NCBI GenBank assembly: GCA_902497065.1
Contig: CABVDH010000006.1
Coordinates: forward strand, 26,901-90,900
Source of the DNA: an uncultured Collinsella sp.
GTDB taxonomy: Bacteria; Actinomycetota; Coriobacteriia; Coriobacteriales; Coriobacteriaceae
Length of the DNA stretch: 64,000 bases
Direction: 5' to 3'
The position numbers and the translations under genes are program-made. The notes beneath the pieces are model-generated. The model did no database searches and was not told the origin of the DNA. It saw only the letters and a program-made list of their open reading frames with translations. Below are positions 1-8,443 of this stretch, piece after piece (the first letter of the stretch is position 1; each line of letters starts with the position of its first letter).

Positions 1-1505
1 GACATATTGCCAGCAATAAAACCGCTGTACATGGCGAATTTAACTCCCTGCTCGTAGAAGCCAGCGTAGATTCCACCGCCGGCCTCATAGGAGTAATTAG
101 CAGTAACGGAGCCACCCGTCATGGTCAGCGTTCCACCGTTCGTGGATGCAATGCCGCCGCCACCGAGGACACCTTTGTTGTTAAGGTCACTAGTGATGTG
201 AGCGTCAGCTCGGTTGTTAGTTATGCAGGCAGAGCCGCTAATGATTGCGGTTGCACCCATGGTATAAACACCGCCGCCGTAGCCGCCGTCGTAGGTGTTT
301 TTGCCATTGTTGATATCCTTGACATATGTTGCGTTGCCCGAGATGACACCGCCGGAGAGTTCCAGTGTCGCGCCATTGTTAGCAAAGATGCCACCGCCAG
401 AAGCAGCCTTGTTTCCCGCAATCACGCCATCAGTCATTTCGAGGCTGGCGTTCGCCCCCGTTACACACAGGCCACCGCCCCAGCCACCGCCGTTGCCGTT
501 GGTGACGTAACCGCCAGAAATATAAACAGCGCCCTGAGAGAAAATAACGTGGCCGTCGTTGCCCAGGGTACGAGGCGTCGTGATCATGCCACCCTCAAGG
601 TTGAGCGTGCCCCCCTCCTGAACGGAAATGACTTGATTTACATAGCCCGTTTTGCATGCAACGATAGCGCCGAAATTGGCAACAGTGTGCTGGTAGGTCG
701 TTTCCCTAGTACCAAAACCGTTAGGCGTGCTTTCAGTTACGTAGTATGTAAGTGATTGTGGAACACTTTCCTCATTGAACTGCATCTCTGCTGGCTGACC
801 AGGTTTACCACTGGTAGTTTCAATCTTCGAGTCATTCGCCTCACCTTTGACAGTTAGCGTATGGCCCTTTGAAATTGTGATAAATGCACGAACAGGCTTG
901 TCCTGGCCCTGGCTATCGTTACCGTTGCTGTAATAAAGCTTGTGATTCGCAAGGTCGATCGTAGTGTTTTGCTCGATAGTGATTGACTCACTTGAACTAA
1001 TGTCAGCCGCAAGACGTAGTTTATCGGGTTTAGTCGGGGCGTTAAGGTACTTTGTCAGGTCTCCGTCACTCGTCAGCAGCGTGTACCCATCCTCATCTTT
1101 TTGAAGTCCCGGAACCTCACCTTCATTTGCAACAGTAGCGACCTTATAGACAGACTGTCCATCATCCGCGGGCTGCGCAGCGCTCTCGGCTTCCGTGTCA
1201 TCAGACAACGGGGCCGTCTCGAGAGCGTCGTCGCCAGTCTCGTCGCCCTCGGTCTCGTCACTATTCTGGTTTTCGTTATCCCCGTTGTTGGTGTTTTCTA
1301 CATCAGTAGACTCACTTGAGGAACCCCCCCCCATCACAGTTTCCTCGGTAGAAACCGCCGGGGCATCGTTGGCAATGGCCTGCGAGATCGGAGGCATGAC
1401 GAGCGACAGCACCAGGCTCAAAACGGAGGCTCCGCACAAAACGCCTGCCAGTACACGGCGCGTCGCTTTTTTACTCTGCTTAGTTTTTTCTGAATTCGCT
1501 TTCAT
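1..1505 (-). CDS. Large secreted/surface protein with Gly-rich beta-helix-type repeats (3' end outside window)
   Basis: Hand-translated; missing from the ORF track because it has no stop in the window. ATG at 1505 after GGAGGAG RBS. Signal peptide MKANSEKTKQSKKATRRVLAGVLCGASVLSLVLSLVMPPISQAIA, then an acidic linker and repeats such as GNGGGWGGGLCV, GNKAASGGGIF, SGGVISGN. Confidence 0.8.
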   Translation of the reverse strand, partial: MKANSEKTKQSKKATRRVLAGVLCGASVLSLVLSLVMPPISQAIANDAPAVSTEETVMGGGSSSESTDVENTNNGDNENQNSDETEGDETGDDALETAPLSDDTEAESAAQPADDGQSVYKVATVANEGEVPGLQKDEDGYTLLTSDGDLTKYLNAPTKPDKLRLAADISSSESITIEQNTTIDLANHKLYYSNGNDSQGQDKPVRAFITISKGHTLTVKGEANDSKIETTSGKPGQPAEMQFNEESVPQSLTYYVTESTPNGFGTRETTYQHTVANFGAIVACKTGYVNQVISVQEGGTLNLEGGMITTPRTLGNDGHVIFSQGAVYISGGYVTNGNGGGWGGGLCVTGANASLEMTDGVIAGNKAASGGGIFANNGATLELSGGVISGNATYVKDINNGKNTYDGGYGGGVYTMGATAIISGSACITNNRADAHITSDLNNKGVLGGGGIASTNGGTLTMTGGSVTANYSYEAGGGIYAGFYEQGVKFAMYSGFIAGNM

Positions 1506-1963
1506 CGATGTCTCCTCCCCAAGAGACCGCGATCTTGCTCTTTCACTATCAAACGTATCTGCGTAATCTGTATTGCACACACTTGTAGTACATATTGTAA
1601 CGATTGTTTAAACATCTAAGCAACAAAAATCGATAGTTTTGTAGCCAGTTCTCAATTCGCTTGACAATTGTTCAGATTTACTATCGTTTATTCGCTTTGA
1701 AATATCTATTTCTACTGGTAATTAAGTTAGTTATCAGTTTTTTAATAGCATTTAATTTATTTGCACAACATTTTGCTCAAGAACAAACATCCTGTGAACG
1801 GTCGAAAATCGACCGTGAGCGGTAGGTCATTAACCGGGAGGAATAGACTACCAAATTAATGGGAATATCTTTAACTCATCGGTGGTTAGAAGCGTAATGT
1901 TCAGACAACCATATTTGAATTTTCGCGCAGATTTTAGGCATCAATTCGCCCAAATCGCCTGAG

Positions 1964-1998
1964 GCCACCGCAAAGGTGCCTGTTCCTCTTGTGGTGGC
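1964..1998. repeat. REP-like hairpin, CCACCACAAAG-loop-CTTTGTGGTGG family, copy 1
   Basis: GCCACCGCAAAGGTGCCTGTTCCTCTTGTGGTGGC; related copies at 2921, 4502 and 20683. Confidence 0.75.
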
Positions 1999-2010
1999 TC
2001 TCCCCCGGCG

Positions 2011-2832
2011 CTATAGCAGATGTTCCTCGATAAAGATCGCGATGCCGTCTTTGTCGTTGCTGGCGGTTACAAAATCGGCGGCGGCACGGGTGGCATCGCT
2101 GCCATTTGCCATGGCCACACCCACGCCGGCGTCAGCCACCATGCAGGTGTCGTTGTCCGCATCGCCAAACACGCAGATGTTCTGGAGCTCCATGTCGTTG
2201 AGCTCCGCCACACGCACAAGGCCGCGCGTCTTGGACACGCGTGGATCCATGAACTCGTAGAGCCGCTGCGTGGTTTGCAGAGACGCCGCCTTAACAGTGT
2301 CATCGGCAAACGTCGACGCCCGCTCAATCACCCGCGGCATTACCTCGGGCGCCATGGTAAACATCACCTTGGGCTGCGGCTCGCGCAAAAACTCGGCAAA
2401 GTCGACCACCTTGTAGGGCACGCCGTCGACACGCGACAGGTGCTCGACACATGCATTGCTCTCGGGCACATAGAGCACGCCATCCCGAGGGCAAACGGGC
2501 GTTGCCGGCAGGCCTGCCATGTGCTCGCAGATGCGCGCGATGGTCTCGCCTGGCAGCGGGTAGCTCAGCTCGTTGATGCCGTGCGCACGGTCGATGACTT
2601 CGGCGCCACCACAGCCCACCAGCACGTCTACCAGGCCTTCGATGCCCCAGAGCTCGTACATGGCCTCGGTCGCGTGGGCGTCGCGCCCGGTGCACAGGCC
2701 AAAGAGCACGCCGCGCTCGCGCAGGGCGCGGATCGCCGCCACGGTGCGCGGGGACACCGTGTGCTGGCTCGTGAGCAGCGTACCGTCGATATCGCAGAAC
2801 ACGGCTTTGATATGGCTGAAGGTGGTGTCCAT
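2011..2832 (-). CDS. Cof-type HAD-IIB hydrolase
   Basis: Motifs FCDIDGTLL, CTGR, VSKTRG, FGDADND; start chosen at ATG 2832. Confidence 0.9.
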   Translation of the reverse strand: MDTTFSHIKAVFCDIDGTLLTSQHTVSPRTVAAIRALRERGVLFGLCTGRDAHATEAMYELWGIEGLVDVLVGCGGAEVIDRAHGINELSYPLPGETIARICEHMAGLPATPVCPRDGVLYVPESNACVEHLSRVDGVPYKVVDFAEFLREPQPKVMFTMAPEVMPRVIERASTFADDTVKAASLQTTQRLYEFMDPRVSKTRGLVRVAELNDMELQNICVFGDADNDTCMVADAGVGVAMANGSDATRAAADFVTASNDKDGIAIFIEEHLL

Positions 2833-2920
2833 GGGGGCCTTTCTGGGTAGCGCGGCGGTGTGGAGTGTATTCGTGAACGGCGTACATGGTATACCAAGGC
2901 GCAAGCCGTTGGGACCCGAT

Positions 2921-2951
2921 CACCACAAAGGTACCCGTCCCCTTTGTGGTG
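2921..2951. repeat. REP-like hairpin copy 2
   Basis: CACCACAAAGGTACCCGTCCCCTTTGTGGTG. Confidence 0.75.
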
Positions 2952-2978
2952 GCTTGTGGTGCTCGGGCCTCAGCGCAA

Positions 2979-3039
2979 TCCATCACAACATCCGACGCTT
3001 TTCGCCAAAATCGCGATTTTCATCGAATGTTGTGATGGT
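2979..3039. repeat. 61-bp palindromic element (CCATCACAACAT...ATGTTGTGATGG), solo copy
   Basis: Same length as and homologous to 7092-7152 and 8332-8392, in opposite orientation. Confidence 0.8.
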
Positions 3040-3040
3040 T

Positions 3041-4327
3041 TTACTGCCTTGCGGCACGATCCAAATGCCGGCGTCCAAACAGCAACAGCGCCGCGGGAAC
3101 TGCCGTCACGACCATGCCCGCCCCTACGAGCGTCTGCTGCACGCCAAATGTCGCCGCCAGCCACGGGGCAATCGCCAGCGGGGCCACGCCGGCGAACATG
3201 TTGCCAAAGCCCATGACCGAGTTCACGCGACCGAGCTGCTCGAGCGGGGCCGTCGTTTGCACGATCGTGTTGTGGAGCGGGTTGACGATGCCCCAAGCTA
3301 TGCCCAGTACTATCTGGCCGACGAGGGCTACACCCACGTACGGTGTTCCCACATAGAGCAAACTTCCCAGGCCCACGGATATGAGTGCAACGAGCAGCGT
3401 TTTGAGGCTGACCAGGTGCGGCGGCAAGCGGAGCGCGACCACGGCGCCCAGCACCGCGCCCACACCGCTGGCCGACGAGAGCCAGCCCATCCATTCGACA
3501 CCGACGTGCAGGACATCGCGGTAGAAGAACGATTCCAGCGGGTCGAAGGCGCCATAGCCAAAGTTCGAAAGGAAGATGATGAAGAACAGCAGGGCGAGAA
3601 CGCTGTTGGTAAAGACCGTCTTGATGCTGGTCGCGAAGGTGACACGGGAGGACGTATTGGGGTCGGGGCCTTGGCTGGCCTTATCCGATGTGATGTCGCC
3701 GACCGCGGGTTTGCCTTCGTGTGTGGCGACCTGACCTGCACTTTGCCTAAAGCCCCAACCGGCAATGAGCGCCAACGCGGTAAAGAGCATCATGAGCACA
3801 AACACCGCGCGCGACGACGCAGCCGCCGCGACAAAGCCGCCCAGCGTGGGACCAACGATGATACTCACGTTTGAAAACATGGCGATGGCGGAGTTGATGT
3901 CTTTGAGCTCGACAGGATCGTCGGTGAGGTAGGCTGGATAGGATGTGGCGATGGGCTGGGCAAACCCCATCACGAAGCCCAGGAGCACCGCGCCGAGCAG
4001 GACGATGCCGGTCGCGCGGCCAAAAACGAGGATCGCCGCGCCGGTTGCCAGCGTGCCCACGATGCTCAGCAAGAAATGACGGCGCGGGCCCCAGGCGTCG
4101 AGCGCAGCGCCGCCCGCAAAGGACCCCAGGATCACGAAAACGTTCATAAACAGGACGGCCAGCGATGTCGCCACGACCGAGGCATCGTCTGCATAGGTGA
4201 GCGTTCCGATGACGCCGATAAAGTAGCTGGTCTGATAACCGGTGTAGATGAGAAAGCGCATCGCCACCAGGCGCTTGGCCTGCACGGACAGCGATGATTG
4301 AGGCTTTGAGAAAAGAGAGGCGAGCAT
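3041..4327 (-). CDS. MFS transporter
   Basis: About 12 hydrophobic segments, motif GAALDAWGPRR, AAGGAG RBS before ATG 4327. Confidence 0.85.
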   Translation of the reverse strand: MLASLFSKPQSSLSVQAKRLVAMRFLIYTGYQTSYFIGVIGTLTYADDASVVATSLAVLFMNVFVILGSFAGGAALDAWGPRRHFLLSIVGTLATGAAILVFGRATGIVLLGAVLLGFVMGFAQPIATSYPAYLTDDPVELKDINSAIAMFSNVSIIVGPTLGGFVAAAASSRAVFVLMMLFTALALIAGWGFRQSAGQVATHEGKPAVGDITSDKASQGPDPNTSSRVTFATSIKTVFTNSVLALLFFIIFLSNFGYGAFDPLESFFYRDVLHVGVEWMGWLSSASGVGAVLGAVVALRLPPHLVSLKTLLVALISVGLGSLLYVGTPYVGVALVGQIVLGIAWGIVNPLHNTIVQTTAPLEQLGRVNSVMGFGNMFAGVAPLAIAPWLAATFGVQQTLVGAGMVVTAVPAALLLFGRRHLDRAARQ

Positions 4328-4501
4328 GGAGACTCCTTGTTTCATACGAATGCGGACGGCGGGCATTCGCCACCGTCCGTCAAATCAATCTGTCCGCATG
4401 AAACATTAAGGACGCATCAAGCCCCTTCTCTCCGTTTTTCGCCCGTCATGAACTACTTGGTAGATTGTAAGGCATGTCTCACACATCTACCAACGCAAAA
4501 A

Positions 4502-4594
4502 CCACCACAAAGGTGCCTGGCCCCTTTGTGGTGGAAATGGCGTTTGCCCAGATAAAACCTGCCAAAATAAACCTGTCCCTTTTTGGCAGGTTTT
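4502..4594. repeat. REP-like hairpin copy 3 (4502-4534) plus a second hairpin with a CCTGTCCC loop (4554-4594)
   Basis: CCACCACAAAGGTGCCTGGCCCCTTTGTGGTGG; AAAACCTGCCAAAA-TAAACCTGTCCCT-TTTTGGCAGGTTTT. Confidence 0.7.
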
Positions 4595-5897
4595 AGGCCA
4601 GATGGTCTTGAATCAGGTCACAGATGGCTCGGGCGTCGTTGATGTTGATGGCTCGGGTCGCAAAGCCGGCGTCGAAGGCCTGACGCGCCAGGGCCTCGTT
4701 GCAGGCAAGGGCCAGCGTGCGACCGTCGACCAGGTCGAGCGAGCTCTTGCCGCGCAAACGGTCGACACCGGAGCGCGCGACCACGATGTTGTCGAAGCCC
4801 TCGGTCTTGTAGCCCTCGATGATCACCACGTCGACATCGTTGTAGCGCGACAGCAGCTCACGCGCGGGCATCTCGTCCTCCTCGCGCGTGTCGGCGTACT
4901 CCGCCCAGCGCGTGGCGCAGATGAGCCCCACGTGCTTGGATCCGGCTTGGTGATGGCGCCAGGTGTCCTTAGCGGGCACATCGATATCAAAGCCGTGATG
5001 CCCATGATGCTTGAGCGAACCCACGCGCAGACCGCGGCGGGTGAGCTCGGCAATGACCTTCTCAACGAGCGTGGTCTTGCCTGAGTTCTGGTAGCCGATA
5101 AACGCGATCGCGGGGACGGCCGGAGCTGGAACTGTGGGCGCGACGGCGACGGGTGCGCTTGCGGGCGCGGCACCGTCAGCGGCCACGGCCTCAACGGCAG
5201 CGGCCTGACGTTCGACACGATCCCACACGCCCGAGCGGCCGCCCTCCTTGTGCAGCAGGCGCACGTCGACGATCTCCATACCGCGATCGACCGCCTTGCA
5301 CATGTCATAGATCGTTAGGCACGCAGCGCTCGCGCCGGTCAACGCCTCCATCTCGATACCCGTCTTGCCCGTCACGCCGGCCGTAACCAGCACGTGAAAG
5401 CCAACCTGCCCGTCCGCGCGCGCCGGCGCCCAGCCCTCGGGCACGTCATCGGCAGGCGTCCCCGCCGGAGCGATGGGCACAATGTCGCACTTGCTCTTGG
5501 TAATGAGCAACGGATGGCACATGGGGATAATGTCGCTCGTGCGCTTGATGGCCATAATGCCCGCCACGCGCGCGCAGGCAAGCACGTCGCCCTTTTTAGC
5601 GCGGTCCTGCAGCACCATAGCCTGCGTCTCGGGATGCATGAGGATGGCGCCCTCGGCGATGGCGATGCGATGGGTCTCGGCCTTGTCGGACACGTCGACC
5701 ATGCGCACCTCGCCCTTGGCGTCCACGTGCGTCAGCTCGTCACGACGGGCGTCGCGGGCGGGCTCGGTGGCAGCGCTGGCAGTCGGCTGCGCAGACCCGT
5801 CGGCGTTGCCGGCATTCGCCGCAGCCGTGGCTTTGTGGGCAGACATCGCGGCCCTGCGAGCGGCCTTGGTGGCATCAGCGTACCTGCTCTTGGCCAT
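4593..5897 (-). CDS. moaC-mobB: Fused MoaC (cPMP synthase) - MobB
   Basis: MoaC motifs LTHVD..MVDVSDK, IPMCHPL, TGIEMEAL, IYDMCKAVD, KEGGRSG; MobB motifs GYQNSGKTTL, LKHHGH, KDTWRH, IIEGYK. Confidence 0.9.
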   Translation of the reverse strand: MAKSRYADATKAARRAAMSAHKATAAANAGNADGSAQPTASAATEPARDARRDELTHVDAKGEVRMVDVSDKAETHRIAIAEGAILMHPETQAMVLQDRAKKGDVLACARVAGIMAIKRTSDIIPMCHPLLITKSKCDIVPIAPAGTPADDVPEGWAPARADGQVGFHVLVTAGVTGKTGIEMEALTGASAACLTIYDMCKAVDRGMEIVDVRLLHKEGGRSGVWDRVERQAAAVEAVAADGAAPASAPVAVAPTVPAPAVPAIAFIGYQNSGKTTLVEKVIAELTRRGLRVGSLKHHGHHGFDIDVPAKDTWRHHQAGSKHVGLICATRWAEYADTREEDEMPARELLSRYNDVDVVIIEGYKTEGFDNIVVARSGVDRLRGKSSLDLVDGRTLALACNEALARQAFDAGFATRAININDARAICDLIQDHLA

Positions 5898-5901
5898 ATG
5901 A

Positions 5902-6957
5902 TCATCCTCCGATTTGGGACATAAATCGTTGCGTGCCCTCAATTATCGCGTGTTCCTGCGGTTTGTGGGCGACGGCATCGCGCCAAATCGAAAGTACCTG
6001 CATATCATCACCACGGCGCAGGGCGTCGCGCACCGAATACTCGGCATCGCTAAACAGGCACGGACGCACGTTGCCATCGGCCGTCAGGCGCAGACGGTTG
6101 CAATTCGCGCAAAAATGATTGGACATGGCGCTAATGAAGCCGACCGTTCCCGCCACGCCCGGAAAGTGCCAATAGCGCGCAGGGCCCGCGCCGGCAGGAG
6201 CGTCGTTGATGTCGAGCGGCTCGAGCTCGCCCAGTCCCGCCGCGGCGGCCCCGGCATTGATGCGCGCCCGCAGCTCGTCGCTCGGCACGGTATCGCTCGC
6301 ATCCCACAGCTCGGGATTGAGCGCGGGCGCGTGAGGGTCTACAGCACAATGTGAGCTCGTGTGCTCATCGCCGATGGGCATATATTCGATAAATCGCAGA
6401 TGAATGGGGCGGTCGACGGTCAGCCGTGCGAGGGCCGTCACATCCTGGTTGAGCCGACGCACAACAACGCAGTTGACCTTAACGGGTTCAAAGCCCCAAG
6501 CCAGCGCCGCGTCGATGCCAGCCATGGTCTGCTCGAGTCGACCCAGACGAGTGATCTTTCCAAAGAGCGTAGGGTCGAGTGTGTCGAGCGAAATGTTGAC
6601 GCGGTTAAGACCGGCGTCTTTGAGCTGCTGCGCCAACTTGGGCAGCAGGGCACCATTGGTGGTGAGCGAGATGTCCTCGATCTGCGGAATCGCGCGGATG
6701 TCGCGAATAAGCGGGATGATACGGCGGCTGACCAGCGGCTCGCCGCCCGTCAGGCGTACGCGGCGAATGCCCTCCCCCGCCACCAAGCGCACAAAGCGGG
6801 CGATTTCCTCGGCGCTGAGCAGCTCGTCGTGCGCGCGGGGTGCCACGCCATCGGCCGGCATGCAGTAAATGCAGCGGAAATTGCACTTGTCGGTAACGGC
6901 AATGCGCAGGTAGTTAATGTCGCGGCCAAAGCCGTCATGTTGCACGTGCCCGTCCAC
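5902..6957 (-). CDS. moaA: GTP 3',8-cyclase (radical SAM)
   Basis: YLRIAVTDKCNFRCIYCM, LTGGEP, FCANCNRLRLT..PCL, C-terminal SQIGG. Confidence 0.95.
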   Translation of the reverse strand: MDGHVQHDGFGRDINYLRIAVTDKCNFRCIYCMPADGVAPRAHDELLSAEEIARFVRLVAGEGIRRVRLTGGEPLVSRRIIPLIRDIRAIPQIEDISLTTNGALLPKLAQQLKDAGLNRVNISLDTLDPTLFGKITRLGRLEQTMAGIDAALAWGFEPVKVNCVVVRRLNQDVTALARLTVDRPIHLRFIEYMPIGDEHTSSHCAVDPHAPALNPELWDASDTVPSDELRARINAGAAAAGLGELEPLDINDAPAGAGPARYWHFPGVAGTVGFISAMSNHFCANCNRLRLTADGNVRPCLFSDAEYSVRDALRRGDDMQVLSIWRDAVAHKPQEHAIIEGTQRFMSQIGG

Positions 6958-7091
6958 GCAGTCCTCCCCTCACGCGGCGTTTTATTCTTCGGAAAACATA
7001 ATACCCCACGAGAGAATCATGCCGACACCCGTACGACAGGACAGGTCGCTTCGAGCAAGACCGGCTTCCCAAGCCCATCCTCAGCATACAG

Positions 7092-7152
7092 ACCATCACA
7101 ACATTCGATGCTTTTCCCGTTTTTGGCAAAAAACGTCGAATGTTGTGATGGT
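7092..7152. repeat. 61-bp palindromic element downstream of the nuclease-like gene
   Basis: ACCATCACAACATTCGATGCTTTT...AAAAACGTCGAATGTTGTGATGGT. Confidence 0.8.
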
Positions 7153-7192
7153 TTGCCTGCCCGCAGCACCCCGTAGAAGGACCAAAGCGTCC

Positions 7193-8230
7193 CTAAAGGC
7201 CGCCGTCCCAGTGTCGAATCACGAACTCTCGCAGGTCGTTCTGACGTTTCTGGAATGTCTCGCTTCGGTCGCACTTAAGGCCCATAGCGAGCGCGATGGC
7301 GTTCATCGCCCGGTGCAATTGCAGCTGGTGGGCAAACTGAGTCCCGGTGAGGACGATCATCCTAAAGCCCAGCGCGCTCAGCACGGTCATGCGCTCCGCA
7401 TCCGACGCACTGCGCTGTTTATCAAGATGGTCCGAGCCGTTGTATTCAATACCCGTACCGCTCGCAGGCGCATATACGTCGATCTCGAAATACCCGGCCT
7501 TTGCGAGATACTTGAACTCGTTGGGAACATCGACCCGATGGTTGAGCTCGATCTTGGCGTATCCCAGCCCGCCCTGGGAACGCTTCGCGACGACCATGAT
7601 TGCAGTGGCCGTCTCCATAGGCGAACGGGCAGCGTCCTTTACACGCTTGAGCAACGAGGCCGCGCGTTTCACGCCTCGACGCGAAGGATTCTGCTCGCAA
7701 AAAGCACGCAGGTCGGCGACGGCATATCGCTGCGAGGCCTCGACATAATCATCGCTCGACAGATGGTTAAGGTGATACCGAGCACACACTTCAAATCCGT
7801 ACTCAAGCTGCTCGAGCTCGCTCATCCACGAGCCCGCCTGGACAAGGCACATGGCCTCATCAACCACCAGAAGACCCTCTGCCACCTCGATAAGATGATC
7901 CGAAGGTATGGGCGCCCCAAACACATGGCGTCGGAGACCCGCCGGCCGAGAGCGTTCAAAATCGAAGCTAACCAGCGTATCAATACGGTCGAGTTCCTCT
8001 TGAGGAATACCAAGTGAGACCAGATAGTCGGCGACAATCTCGACCGCTGCAGATATCCTCAATCCCTTGGCATCGAGCCCCAATTTGGGGAGGCTCGCAG
8101 TCGGCTCCACCTCGTTAGCAAGCGAGTCCTCATCGTATAGGCTGCTTGCTCGCGAGAGCGGCTCGGACGGGCGCGCCACGTTGTGGTACAGCCAGGCAGT
8201 CTTATGGGACAGGACGATCGGCAAGTCCAT
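7193..8230 (-). CDS. Hypothetical protein with C-terminal Vsr/DUF559-like PD-(D/E)xK nuclease domain
   Basis: ARSPMET...GGLG...FEIDVY...IEYNGSDH...DAERMTVLSALGFRMIVLT resembles DUF559-type proteins; GGAG RBS before ATG 8230. Confidence 0.65.
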   Translation of the reverse strand: MDLPIVLSHKTAWLYHNVARPSEPLSRASSLYDEDSLANEVEPTASLPKLGLDAKGLRISAAVEIVADYLVSLGIPQEELDRIDTLVSFDFERSRPAGLRRHVFGAPIPSDHLIEVAEGLLVVDEAMCLVQAGSWMSELEQLEYGFEVCARYHLNHLSSDDYVEASQRYAVADLRAFCEQNPSRRGVKRAASLLKRVKDAARSPMETATAIMVVAKRSQGGLGYAKIELNHRVDVPNEFKYLAKAGYFEIDVYAPASGTGIEYNGSDHLDKQRSASDAERMTVLSALGFRMIVLTGTQFAHQLQLHRAMNAIALAMGLKCDRSETFQKRQNDLREFVIRHWDGGL

Positions 8231-8331
8231 GAGCTCTCCAATGGGTCGGATAACCAACCTTATTCCCCTGCTCACGGATTCGCACACTTCCACGTACAAG
8301 AAAGCATTCCACCCGTACGAGCGACAGAAAA

Positions 8332-8392
8332 ACCGTCCCAAAAATCGATGCTTTTCTTCAATATCGAGAAAAACGTCGATTATTGGGACGGT
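8332..8392. repeat. 61-bp palindromic element upstream of the nuclease-like gene
   Basis: ACCGTCCCAAAAATCGATGCTTTT...AAAAACGTCGATTATTGGGACGGT; compensatory changes relative to the 7092 copy. Confidence 0.8.
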
Positions 8393-8443
8393 TTGGGGCG
8401 AGGTGAGAGGTCGGAGGGCCAGAGCAAGCCGCACTCCAACGGG

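Noticed and set aside
1506..1960. c-di-GMP riboswitch or ncRNA upstream of the adhesin
   Set aside because: AT-rich promoter-like DNA with only a short GGTCGA/TCGACC hairpin; no riboswitch consensus seen
6958..7091. Moco riboswitch upstream of moaA
   Set aside because: No recognisable conserved Moco motif by eye; needs cmscan to exclude
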